Part shown: positions 17,142 through 25,600 of the stretch, one piece after another | How positions within the stretch are numbered: position 1 is the first letter of the stretch | How the letters are laid out: each line of letters opens with the position of its first letter | Assembly (NCBI GenBank): GCA_946183335.1 | Contig: CAMGZN010000002.1 | Location: 1-37,920 of the forward strand | Direction: 5' to 3' | Length of the DNA stretch: 37,920 bases | Origin: an uncultured Bacillales bacterium | Lineage (GTDB): Bacteria > Bacillota_I > Bacilli_A > RFN20 > CAG-826 | Translations under genes and position numbers: made by a program | The notes under the pieces: model-generated | Told to the model about the DNA's origin: nothing | The model's input: the letters and a program-made list of their open reading frames with translations, nothing else | The model's database searches: none

Positions 17142-18176
17142 TTAATTAATATCTGGGAAGCATTTATCGACTAATTCTGGGAAGTCGATGAATGGGTTTC
17201 TATTTCCTTGAATGGAAGCGCCAATATATTTGTTGCGTTGTTGTTCAAGGGCAGATGGTGGATCATTACGGTTCCACTCTTTAAGTTTACGAATACATTC
17301 GGTCTCGTCGTAATTCATGATGAGAGAGAAGTGTAAATATTTTTCATTTCCACTAGCTGGAGCACATACATAAGGAGTTGTTGTAGCTGTTTCGGCAACG
17401 GCTTCATCAATATTATAAGTTGGTGTATGGCTGGTGCTATAGTAAACGTCATAGTTGTCATAGGAGTTGTAGTGGACATACATGTACATTAATGTACGGG
17501 CCACATCTCCTTTGAAGTAATCATCGACTTCGCAGACCTTTGCTGAATCGCTATATTTGAGAGCATATGGCGCTCCTTCATCAGTTGCAGTGTCATATGA
17601 TTCACCTGAACCAAATACATAGTATTTATAATTCGAACGGTGACTGTTTACTTCATAAGTACATGGACGAAGTTGGAAGATATCTGAGCCTCCGCCCCAA
17701 TATTCTTCTTTACCATCAGGTTTTTGGTCATCCATTTTCCATTCATATTGTTTGGAGTTTCGATACCACATTCCATTTGAATCGGCACAGCACCACATGT
17801 GTTCACGAGTGGCGGTGTTATCCTTGTGAATCCAACCGGTGTAGAAGTTTTCGTAACCGTTTGTTCCTTCAAGTTGATCGGTCCATGGATAATATTTTGC
17901 TACTTGAGCATAGCGTAAGTAGGTTTTATGCTGGTCAATGAGGTAGTGGTGGATGTTCTTTTGAAGTTCCTCACCTTGTGTGTCTTTTAAGTGATAGTCA
18001 TCAACAGTATTACCATTACGGTCTTTTTTGTTCATGTAATAGTCTTTGTAGACATCACCGGTGTCTCCTCCACCTCCTCCACTTTTCTTTTTACTTTTGC
18101 CACTGTTGCTTGTACATCCGACTAAGCAACCAGCACAGAGGGTAAGAAGTAAGGCTGAACGAATAACTGTTTTCAT
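17142..18176 (-). CDS. Lipoprotein, endonuclease I family (extracellular DNase/RNase)
   Basis: Signal peptide with CAGCLVGC lipobox. REHMWCC (EH-W catalytic region) and the C-terminal QGNRNPFIDFPE are characteristic of the EndA/Vvn-type endonuclease I family. Confidence 0.7.
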   Translation of the reverse strand: MKTVIRSALLLTLCAGCLVGCTSNSGKSKKKSGGGGGDTGDVYKDYYMNKKDRNGNTVDDYHLKDTQGEELQKNIHHYLIDQHKTYLRYAQVAKYYPWTDQLEGTNGYENFYTGWIHKDNTATREHMWCCADSNGMWYRNSKQYEWKMDDQKPDGKEEYWGGGSDIFQLRPCTYEVNSHRSNYKYYVFGSGESYDTATDEGAPYALKYSDSAKVCEVDDYFKGDVARTLMYMYVHYNSYDNYDVYYSTSHTPTYNIDEAVAETATTTPYVCAPASGNEKYLHFSLIMNYDETECIRKLKEWNRNDPPSALEQQRNKYIGASIQGNRNPFIDFPELVDKCFPDIN

Positions 18177-18207
18177 AGTGTTACTCCTTTACTTTATAAA
18201 GAATAGA

Positions 18208-18891
18208 TTACTTTTGTTCCCAGAAGTGACAGATATAACCGTTACCAAAGTTATATTCATCAATACCGCTAACAGTTTGATAATCTTCACCTGAACAAGC
18301 AAAGATTCCTTTGGAATGGTCTGGACGAGTTCCTTGAATATCAATAACTGATGTTTGAACTCTGAAGTCCGCACAAACTTCTTCATAGTGGAATTGCTCC
18401 ACTGGTGAATCAACGTGACGAATTGTTGTAATTAATGCACCAGAAGATTTGGCACCTTCATAGATTTCGAGATATTTGTTTGAGTAATAATCGCCTTGTC
18501 CACCTGGCATAACTTGGATAGAGTAGTGAACTTTATCGGAGGCATAGTGGATTTTAACCTTTGTGGCCTCGGAAGGATTCTCGGTTGTCGCAAGATAAAA
18601 TGGATATTCTGTTCCAGCATCAACGTGAGGAAGGTTATTAATGAAACGGAATTTTTGTTGTCCGATGTGCCAGAAACCCATCAAATACTCTTTGTCGTTT
18701 TCTGGAGCTTTCTTACAACGTTTCCATCCTTCGTATTCATCTGCACCAAAATCTAATGGATCAAGTGCTGGAATACCATCGGATGATTCTCCTCCGCCTT
18801 TCGATGTCTTTTTTGATTTCTTTCCTCCACCAGAAGTGCAGCCGGCTAAAACAAGGGCGACCAATGGAAGAACGAGAAGTGATTTTTTCAT
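18208..18891 (-). CDS. Lipoprotein, unknown function
   Basis: Lipobox LAGC followed by a G/S/K-rich linker. SD AAGGAG. It lies 31 nt upstream of the endonuclease gene on the same strand. Confidence 0.65.
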   Translation of the reverse strand: MKKSLLVLPLVALVLAGCTSGGGKKSKKTSKGGGESSDGIPALDPLDFGADEYEGWKRCKKAPENDKEYLMGFWHIGQQKFRFINNLPHVDAGTEYPFYLATTENPSEATKVKIHYASDKVHYSIQVMPGGQGDYYSNKYLEIYEGAKSSGALITTIRHVDSPVEQFHYEEVCADFRVQTSVIDIQGTRPDHSKGIFACSGEDYQTVSGIDEYNFGNGYICHFWEQK

Positions 18892-19035
18892 ATTAAAAAC
18901 TCCTTACGTAAATATTCTAAAATATTTTGTCTCAAATTAAAATAACAAGAAATTACTAGTTGTTTTGATAAATAAAAACAAAACTAAAAAATTTGAGTTT
19001 TGCATTAAAAACACCAGCAATTCGCGGATAAATGA

Positions 19036-19066
19036 ATAAAAATAAAACAGCCCATTTGGACTGTTA
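19036..19066 (-). terminator. Candidate terminator after tRNA-Leu(GAG)
   Basis: The minus strand reads ACAGTCC-aaat-GGGCTGT followed by TTTATTTTTATT. Confidence 0.45.
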
Positions 19067-19071
19067 TTATT

Positions 19072-19156
19072 TGGTGCAGTGAATGAGAATCGAACTCACA
19101 CAGGTCACCCTATACGCCCCTCAAACGTACGCGTCTACCAGTTCCGCCATCACTGC
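19072..19156 (-). tRNA. tRNA-Leu (anticodon GAG)
   Basis: Reverse complement is GCAGTGATGGCGGAACTGGTAGACGCGTACGTTTGAGGGGCGTA plus a long variable arm and GAGTTCGATTCTCATTCACTGCACCA. Confidence 0.85.
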
Positions 19157-19166
19157 AGCGATAAAT

Positions 19167-19195
19167 AATATATACTCAAATCTTGTTATAAACAA
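19167..19195 (-). promoter_or_regulatory. Candidate promoter for tRNA-Leu(GAG) (TTGTTT-17-TATATT)
   Basis: Minus-strand -35 at 19190-19195 and -10 at 19167-19172. The -10 ends 10 nt before the mature tRNA 5' end. Confidence 0.55.
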
Positions 19196-19205
19196 GTAGA
19201 AATAT

Positions 19206-20636
19206 CTAAATATTAAAGACAATTGCTGCGAATCCGAAATAGACCAAAAGCGAGGTCACGTCGACAATTGTTGTAAGGAGTGGTTGAGAAACAATCGCTG
19301 GATCTTTTTTAATTGCGGCAGCCCCCATTGGGAGAAGCACAGCAACCATCTTTGAAGCAAAAACACCAATCGAAAGTGTCATCGCGACAAGTCCAGAAAC
19401 CTTAAAGACTTCCCAGAAGTATTCTCCAGTCCAGCAGTTTCCTTGCCAAATATTTCCATTGGCAGCGGAGTTAGAAACAATGCCTGTGTATTGTTCAACT
19501 GAGAACCAAAACAAAGCAAAAACACCAACACAAACAGCAATTATTGCTGCCGAAACAGCTTCTTTTCGAATAATCTTCCAGAATGCTTTTGGTGTGAATT
19601 CTTGCAGAGCAAGTCCACGAATCATTAACGCGATTGTTTGCCCGCCAGCATTACCGCCAGTATCCATTAAGACTGGAATGAAGGCCGCTAGAATTGGAAC
19701 TAATGTAATTCTTTCTTCAAAGATGGAAAGAACCATCGAAGAGAATGTTCCCAAAACAAGAAGAACAATAATCCATGGAACGCATTTTTTCGCCATTTTT
19801 AATGGAGATGTCTCCAAATATGAATCCTCCAAAGGAGTCACCATTTGCATTTTGGAGATATCTTCGGTGGTTTCTTCTTCGATAACGTCAATAACGTCAT
19901 CGATGGTAATGACGCCAATTAAACGTCCATCGTTATTTAAAACTGCGATGGCGTTTAAGTCATAACGTTTGAAGATATTGGCGACCATTTCTTGGTCGTC
20001 ATTAACTTGAACAGTGACAAAGTCACGATTCATAATGCTTTCGAGTTTTTCGTCGCCTTTAGCAAAGATTAAATCGTCTAAGTCTAACGTACCAACTAAG
20101 TTACGTTGGCGATCCATAATAAAGAGGGTATAAATGGTTTCTTTGTTTTGACCAGTTTTACGAATGTTCGCGATAGCTTCATCAGCACTCATGTCTGAGA
20201 GTAAAACGACAAATTCTGTCGTCATAATTGAGCCAGCACTATCTTCTTTATAATTTAATAGACGATTAATTGTGGCGCGTCTTTCCTTTGGAACGTTACG
20301 TAAGACACGAGTAACAACGTTTGCTGGAAGTTCTTCGAGGTCATCAACTAAGTCGTCGGTGAACTGGGATTCAAGAATCTCGGCTAATTGGTCATTGGAA
20401 AGAGAAGAGATAATTTCTTCCTTAACTTCGCTTGGAAGCTCGGTGAAGAATTCGGCTGTATATTCAGATTTAACAGTCTTCAAAATGAAGATGATCTTTT
20501 TTGGATCTTCAATTTCGGCACAAGCATCAGCAATATCAATGCTTGGAACAACTTCAAAAATTTGACGAATTTCAGCAATCTTTTTTTCGTCAATTAATTT
20601 CTCGATTTGTTCTGTTGAAATTAAGCGGTTCTCCAT
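19206..20636 (-). CDS. mgtE: Magnesium transporter MgtE
   Basis: MgtE N-domain, a CBS pair, and a C-terminal 5-TM domain with PVLMDTGGNAGGQ. I prefer ATG 20636 (MENRLIS), preceded by SD AAGGA, over the track start at 20687. Confidence 0.88.
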   Translation of the reverse strand: MENRLISTEQIEKLIDEKKIAEIRQIFEVVPSIDIADACAEIEDPKKIIFILKTVKSEYTAEFFTELPSEVKEEIISSLSNDQLAEILESQFTDDLVDDLEELPANVVTRVLRNVPKERRATINRLLNYKEDSAGSIMTTEFVVLLSDMSADEAIANIRKTGQNKETIYTLFIMDRQRNLVGTLDLDDLIFAKGDEKLESIMNRDFVTVQVNDDQEMVANIFKRYDLNAIAVLNNDGRLIGVITIDDVIDVIEEETTEDISKMQMVTPLEDSYLETSPLKMAKKCVPWIIVLLVLGTFSSMVLSIFEERITLVPILAAFIPVLMDTGGNAGGQTIALMIRGLALQEFTPKAFWKIIRKEAVSAAIIAVCVGVFALFWFSVEQYTGIVSNSAANGNIWQGNCWTGEYFWEVFKVSGLVAMTLSIGVFASKMVAVLLPMGAAAIKKDPAIVSQPLLTTIVDVTSLLVYFGFAAIVFNI

Positions 20637-20732
20637 TTTTCTTTTCCTTGCCCTAATTAGTTTACATTCTTTATAAAAAGAACGCAAAATAAATTATATT
20701 GTGCTATGATACTAACCGAGAAGGAAAAGAAA

Positions 20733-21305
20733 ATGAAGAAAATTTTAGTTGAAACAAGCGCTCGTCACATACATGTGACACAAGAAACATTAGAAATTCT
20801 CTGTGGTAAAGGAGCAAAGCTTGAAGTTAAAGCGATGCTTTCTCAACCAGGACAATTCGTCTCGACAACTCGTTTAGACTTAGTCGGACCAAAAAGAACC
20901 ATCTCTGGAGTTTCCATTCTTGGTCCAGTTCGTAAAGAAAACCAAGTCGAAGTTTCCTTAACCGATGCAAGAACATTAGGTGTCGCTGCTCCAGTTAGAG
21001 AAAGTGGTGATATTAAAGGATCCGCCCCAATTAAAGTTGTTGGTCCATGTGGCGAAGTCGAATTAGCAGAAGGTTTAATTGCCGCTAAACGCCACATCCA
21101 CATGACTCCAGAAGATGCTAAAGAATTTGGTGTCGAAAATGGACAAATTGTTAAAGTTGCTACAGGACGTGAAGGACGTAAGGTCATCTTTGATGACGTA
21201 GTTGTTCGTGTCCGTGAAGACTTTAAACTCGCAATGCACATCGATACAGACGAAAGTAATGCCGCAATGTGCAGTGGAGAAATTTACGGCGAAATTGTCA
21301 AATAA
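20733..21305 (+). CDS. pduL: Phosphate propanoyl/acetyl-transferase PduL
   Basis: Duplicated PduL motifs SARHIHVTQ and AKRHIHMTPEDA. The start MKKILVE is preceded by SD GAAGGA. Confidence 0.8.
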   Translation: MKKILVETSARHIHVTQETLEILCGKGAKLEVKAMLSQPGQFVSTTRLDLVGPKRTISGVSILGPVRKENQVEVSLTDARTLGVAAPVRESGDIKGSAPIKVVGPCGEVELAEGLIAAKRHIHMTPEDAKEFGVENGQIVKVATGREGRKVIFDDVVVRVREDFKLAMHIDTDESNAAMCSGEIYGEIVK

Positions 21306-21309
21306 GCCG

Positions 21310-21338
21310 TTGAATTTCTAGCTTTTCTAGTATAAAAT
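21310..21338 (+). promoter_or_regulatory. Candidate promoter of the metK leader (TTGAAT-17-TAAAAT)
   Basis: -35 at 21310-21315 and -10 at 21333-21338, just upstream of the riboswitch P1 stem. Confidence 0.55.
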
Positions 21339-21345
21339 ACTAATC

Positions 21346-21506
21346 ATCTTATCAAGAACCGTGTAGGAAGGATGAAAGAACACGGTAGCAACTCTCGGTA
21401 ACGAGTAAGTGCTCTCCCAAGCAGTGGCCCACCCACTGAACGATAAGGTACGGAAACACAAATGAAAATGTGACTTTCCATGGTGGGAAGTCACTTTTTA
21501 TTTATT
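21346..21506 (+). promoter_or_regulatory. SAM riboswitch (S-box / SAM-I clan) with terminator expression platform
   Basis: P1 is CTTATC (21348-21353) paired with GATAAG (21442-21447). P2 is CCGTG...GGATGAAAGAACACGG, which is K-turn-like. Also present are AGCAAC, P3 CTCG-gtaa-CGAG, AGTGCTCTCCCAAGCAG, and P4 CAGTGG-cccac-CCACTG. The terminator GTGACTTTCC-atggt-GGGAAGTCAC plus TTTTTATTTATTT spans 21470-21506. The element lies directly upstream of metK. Confidence 0.75.
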
Positions 21507-21521
21507 TCGGAGGTGAAAATC

Positions 21522-22670
21522 ATGGCTTTACATAATTTATTCTCTAGCGAATCTGTTTCAGAAGGACATCCAGACAAGGTTTCTGATCAAATTGCGGATG
21601 CGATTTTAGACGATTGTCTGGAACATGATCCAAAATCTCGTGTTGCTTGTGAAGTTTTTGTTACAACTGGATTTGTTTTAATTGGTGGTGAAATTACTTC
21701 CAAACATCATCCTGATTATAAGAAGATAGCACGCGAGGTGATTCGCGATATCGGTTACACCAAGAAAGAATATGGTTTCTCTGCAGATGATGTTGAAATT
21801 GAGGTTAAAGTCCATGAACAATCTCCAGATATCGCGATGGGCGTTGATAATGGTGGAGCTGGTGACCAAGGCATTATGTTTGGTTACGCAAGTGACGAAT
21901 CAGAAGGCTACATGCCTCTTCCAATTGTCATTGCTCATAAGCTTGTTCGGGTCGCGACTAACCTTAGAAAAGAAGGCCAATTTAAGTGGGCTCGTCCGGA
22001 CATGAAATCACAAGTCACGGTTGACTATAAAAATCGAAAACAACCAAGAATTGCGGTGATTTTGATGTCAATTCAGCATGATCCTGATTATGACGAGAAG
22101 GCTTTTAAATCCTATATTGAGAACGAAATCATGAAGCCTGTTGCGAAGTCATTTGGGCTCAATACTGACTTCCAAGTTTTGATTAATCCAACAGGTCAAT
22201 TTATCATCGGTGGACCAGCCGGTGACACCGGTGTAACCGGACGAAAAATCATTGTTGATACATACGGTGGAGCTGGTCATCATGGCGGCGGTGCATTCTC
22301 TGGAAAAGACCCAACAAAAGTCGATCGTAGTGCCGCATACATGGCTCGTTACATTGCTAAAAACCTAGTCGCTGCTGGTGTAGCTAAACGTTGCGAAATC
22401 CAACTCGGATATGCCATTGGTTACAAGAAACCAGTTTCACTTTTCGTGGAGACATTTGGAACATCCAAGTACACTCAAGAACAACTTGTTGAACTTGTTC
22501 AGAAAGTTTTCCCACTTTCTCCAAAGGATATTATTAAGACTATGTCTCTCCAACATCCTACATTTAAATATCACGAATTAACAAACTATGGACACTTCGG
22601 TCGTCCAGACTTAAATCTGCCTTGGGAAAAACTAGATAAAGTCGATAAAATCAAGGCTTTATTGAAGTAA
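21522..22670 (+). CDS. metK: S-adenosylmethionine synthase
   Basis: FSSESVSEGHPDKVSDQIADAILD, GAGDQG and GGGAFSGKDPTKVDRS motifs. The start MALHNLF follows SD GGAGGTG. The track start at 21480 lies inside the riboswitch terminator. Confidence 0.93.
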   Translation: MALHNLFSSESVSEGHPDKVSDQIADAILDDCLEHDPKSRVACEVFVTTGFVLIGGEITSKHHPDYKKIAREVIRDIGYTKKEYGFSADDVEIEVKVHEQSPDIAMGVDNGGAGDQGIMFGYASDESEGYMPLPIVIAHKLVRVATNLRKEGQFKWARPDMKSQVTVDYKNRKQPRIAVILMSIQHDPDYDEKAFKSYIENEIMKPVAKSFGLNTDFQVLINPTGQFIIGGPAGDTGVTGRKIIVDTYGGAGHHGGGAFSGKDPTKVDRSAAYMARYIAKNLVAAGVAKRCEIQLGYAIGYKKPVSLFVETFGTSKYTQEQLVELVQKVFPLSPKDIIKTMSLQHPTFKYHELTNYGHFGRPDLNLPWEKLDKVDKIKALLK

Positions 22671-22766
22671 AGAAAAAATAGTTGTGATTGCTCTATAAAT
22701 AAATAGAGAAATCAAGTATAATAAAGTTAGAAATTAGCTTAACCGCAATTTGGAAAGGGGATTATT

Positions 22767-23324
22767 ATGAAGTACCAAATTATTGGTAAAAACATTGAAG
22801 TTACCGAAGGTATTAAGCAAGCAGTTGAATCGAAACTTGCCCGTATGGACAAATATTTCGTCATCAACGAAGATGTCACATGTCGTGTCGTTGTACGTAG
22901 TTACAAGGTCGGTGCGAAAGTTGAAGTGACTATCTTTACACCAAATATGGATTTCCGTGCCGAGGTGATGAATTCAGACTTATACGCCGGTGTCGACCTT
23001 GCTATCGATAAGTTAGAAGGTCAAATGAGAAAGCTTAAAACAAGAATGGACCGAAGCCGTGGTGGAAAGTTATCTCTTGGAAAAGCTTTAGCTTTAGAAG
23101 CAATTGAAGATCTTCCAGAAGAAGAAGATGAGGAAGATACAGTTGTTCGTACAAAATCCAAATATCTTGATCCGATGACAGTTGAAGAAGCCATTGCCCG
23201 TATGGAAGCAATTGGCCACCCATTCTTCCTCTATCTTGATGAAGAAGATGACAAAATCTCTGTTGTTTATCAACGTGAAGATGGCGGTTATGGAATCTTC
23301 CAAGCGGAGAATGAACTTCGTTAA
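22767..23324 (+). CDS. hpf: Ribosome hibernation-promoting factor, long form
   Basis: MKYQIIGKNIEVTEGIKQAVESKL is a sigma-54-modulation/RaiA-type N-domain. An acidic linker and a C-terminal dimerisation domain (MTVEEAI...GHPFFLY) follow. Confidence 0.88.
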   Translation: MKYQIIGKNIEVTEGIKQAVESKLARMDKYFVINEDVTCRVVVRSYKVGAKVEVTIFTPNMDFRAEVMNSDLYAGVDLAIDKLEGQMRKLKTRMDRSRGGKLSLGKALALEAIEDLPEEEDEEDTVVRTKSKYLDPMTVEEAIARMEAIGHPFFLYLDEEDDKISVVYQREDGGYGIFQAENELR

Positions 23325-23339
23325 TTAAATCGAAAACTA

Positions 23340-23368
23340 AGAAGAGGCCTTATGCCTCTTTTTTGTTT
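23340..23368 (+). terminator. Rho-independent terminator after hpf
   Basis: AAGAGGC-cttat-GCCTCTT followed by TTTTGTTT. Confidence 0.8.
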
Positions 23369-23571
23369 GACTTTTGCAGCACTTATCCAAGAATTGCTGG
23401 ATATTTTGTGATACTAATAGAAAACAATTAGTTCTTGTTTCAATTTTATGATTGAAATATGGCCTAAATTAAAATATCATTATTCGCGCTGGTTCTTGTG
23501 AAGGATTTGATTTACTAAATTGCAATCAATAGCTGTCTATAGAAGAAGCATTTGAGAAAGGAAAATTATTT

Positions 23572-24432
23572 ATGAATAATTACACTGCTGCAATCGCGAG
23601 TTTCATTCGTTACGATGTTGTTCTTTTCAATACTCTTGAGTATGCAACCAAAAAGGACAAATATGACGTTAACGCTTATAAAGCTCGTCAAGAGATCATT
23701 TCCAAAGAAATTGAACTCAACACCCCACTTAAGAACTGCTTAGATAATTCTGGTGAAGCTGGAAAGAATCTTCTTGAGAAGATCAAAGAACTAATTCGCT
23801 TAGTTTATTCTCCAGAATCCACTATTGTGAAAATGGGACCAGATGAGAGTGAACTTCGTGTTGACCCATCCCAAGCCCTCACTATTTATGAAGCAGTCCT
23901 CCCAATCCACGAAGAACTTCGTAAGATTGTTGAAGCTCACGTTATCGCCGCTAGAAAGAACAACGCTTATGATGAAGCATCATTTGATGACGTCATCACA
24001 AAAGAAGAATATTTCTACCGTGGTCTCGTGAATATGTTAATGCTTGATACCTTCGACCACTTCTTTGCTGAATATAACAAAGCTAGAGCCGAAGCAAAAG
24101 GTGCGATTACTCCTCAGAGTAATTTCATTCAAAATGACATTAACAAAATCGTCAACCTCTTCCACTTTGTTCGTAACAACGCGACCGCTCGTAACGCTGA
24201 GTACTACTCAATGATTGATCCATTGTTTGCACTCATCGAAATGACTGGTGGACGTCGTGATCTTCCAGAAGGCAAAAACTTCGGTCAAGTCTTCGTTGAA
24301 GTTAAAACAAAGACTAGAGAAGTGACACAAAAATTCGAATTAGCCTGGAAACCAGTCTATGACGAATTCATCAAACACTTCCAAGAAGAAGTTCAAAAAC
24401 TTCAACAACAAGAAAGTGGTAAACAAGCCTAA
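23572..24432 (+). CDS. Hypothetical protein (predicted all-helical, no recognised family)
   Basis: 286-aa ORF with SD GAAAGGAAA. It is preceded by about 200 nt of non-coding sequence. Confidence 0.55.
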   Translation: MNNYTAAIASFIRYDVVLFNTLEYATKKDKYDVNAYKARQEIISKEIELNTPLKNCLDNSGEAGKNLLEKIKELIRLVYSPESTIVKMGPDESELRVDPSQALTIYEAVLPIHEELRKIVEAHVIAARKNNAYDEASFDDVITKEEYFYRGLVNMLMLDTFDHFFAEYNKARAEAKGAITPQSNFIQNDINKIVNLFHFVRNNATARNAEYYSMIDPLFALIEMTGGRRDLPEGKNFGQVFVEVKTKTREVTQKFELAWKPVYDEFIKHFQEEVQKLQQQESGKQA

Positions 24433-24465
24433 TCAAACTTTGTTTGATAGAAAGTAGGTTATTCA

Positions 24466-24873
24466 ATGAAAGACAAATTTAGTAAAAAAGAAATCGTCGG
24501 CTATTGCATTAGTGGTATTGTTGCTATTTTTGGTTTAGTCCTCGTTGTGCTCGGCATTGTCGAACGCAATATGGATGTCACCAGTAGCAAGAATTATCTC
24601 TATCAAGCTGATCAAAAAGTCCAAACTGCTTTAAGCATTAAACTTTCCTTCTGGGAATGGGGACTCATCTTTATGGCTGTTGGAGTCATCATCGCTGTCA
24701 TTATTCTTTGCTTTTGCGCGAAGAAAGCTGACCGTGAAGTTGACCGCAAACTTCGTCGTCAAGCTCGTGCTAGTAGCGCGATTGACATTAATAGCGAAGT
24801 CAAAGCTGCTGTCCAAATCATTGAAGAACCTGCTCCGGCTCAAGTTGAGGAAGCCAAACCAGAAGAGAAATAA
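24466..24873 (+). CDS. Hypothetical 2-TM membrane protein with a charged C-terminal tail
   Basis: 135 aa. Two hydrophobic helices (IVGYCISGIVAIFGLVLVVLGIV and WGLIFMAVGVIIAVIILCF) followed by an R/K/E-rich tail. Confidence 0.55.
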   Translation: MKDKFSKKEIVGYCISGIVAIFGLVLVVLGIVERNMDVTSSKNYLYQADQKVQTALSIKLSFWEWGLIFMAVGVIIAVIILCFCAKKADREVDRKLRRQARASSAIDINSEVKAAVQIIEEPAPAQVEEAKPEEK

Positions 24874-24889
24874 TTTCTCAAACAAAATT

Positions 24890-24924
24890 AAAAGCCTTCG
24901 ATTTGATTCGGAGGCTTTTTAATT
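24890..24924. terminator. Bidirectional rho-independent terminator
   Basis: AAAAGCCTTCGA-tttgat-TTCGGAGGCTTTTT, between convergent genes. Confidence 0.8.
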
Positions 24925-24934
24925 ACAATAGTAA

Positions 24935-25600
24935 TTATTTACGTTCAACAACGTTTGTCGGAGTTTTCACAATGCTGTTTGCAGGATAAACTCCACGAAG
25001 CATACTTAATGGATAAACAGAGGTGTTTTTTCCAATAATTGTTCCTGGGTTAAGAACAGATCCGCATCCAATATCAGCATGTTCGCCAAGGAACGCGCCA
25101 ATTTTACGTAGACCAGTTTCGTATTCCTTATCTCCATGAATGACAACGTTAGATCCGCCAGATTTGAGATTAGATAAGATAGAACCTGCGCCCATATGCG
25201 CGTAATCGCCTAAGATGGAATCTCCAACATAGTTATAATGTGGGACTTGAACATGATCTAAGAGAATGGAGTTCTTTAGTTCAGAAGAATTTCCGATAAC
25301 ACATTTCTCACCGATAATGACGTTTCCACGAATAAATGCACCTGGACGAAGTTCGGTATTTGCACCAATAATTGCTGGTGCTTCGATTGTTGCAGTCTTG
25401 GCAATCTTAACGTTTTCACCAACTAATACTCCAGGTTCAATTTCGGTGTATCCAGGAATTCCATTTTGAACGAGTTTTGCACAGATTTCTTTAATTTGAG
25501 GAAGGATTTGCCAAGGATATTTACTTTTTTCAAAAACTTCCTTCAAAAATGGAACATGACATGTAAAAAGGTCTTTTGTTTCAACTAGTTTCTTACTCAC
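24935..25600 (-). CDS. Left-handed beta-helix (hexapeptide-repeat) acyltransferase, GlmU C-terminal-domain-like
   Basis: Repeated [LIV]G-x4 hexapeptide pattern (VGENVKI, IGANTEL, IRGNVII, IGEKCVI, IGNSSEL...). GTG start with SD AAGAGGA. The gene overlaps the glmM stop by 8 nt. No nucleotidyltransferase domain is present. Confidence 0.7.
   Translation of the reverse strand: MSKKLVETKDLFTCHVPFLKEVFEKSKYPWQILPQIKEICAKLVQNGIPGYTEIEPGVLVGENVKIAKTATIEAPAIIGANTELRPGAFIRGNVIIGEKCVIGNSSELKNSILLDHVQVPHYNYVGDSILGDYAHMGAGSILSNLKSGGSNVVIHGDKEYETGLRKIGAFLGEHADIGCGSVLNPGTIIGKNTSVYPLSMLRGVYPANSIVKTPTNVVERK

Noticed and set aside
19459-19965. 168-aa + strand ORF inside mgtE. Similar long antisense or shadow ORFs occur at 20843-21241 in pduL, 8678-9121 in nrnA, 5400-5732, 10996-11373, 17567-17941, 18641-18940, 27301-27594 and 36724-36972.
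   Set aside because: Each lies entirely or largely within (or opposite) a gene with clear family motifs. None has a plausible SD, and all have skewed low-complexity composition typical of antisense frames. I treat them as non-coding.
20637-20732. Possible M-box (ykoK) Mg2+ riboswitch upstream of mgtE.
   Set aside because: The intergenic region is only about 96 bp and is shared with the divergent pduL promoter. That is too short for an M-box aptamer as I recall its size, and no conserved M-box features are visible.
22671-22766. Hairpin CTCTAT-aaataa-ATAGAG between metK and hpf as a terminator or regulatory RNA.
   Set aside because: The stem is short and AT-rich with no U tract, and no convincing promoter spacing surrounds it. 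metK and hpf are probably co-transcribed, or the real signals are too weak to call.
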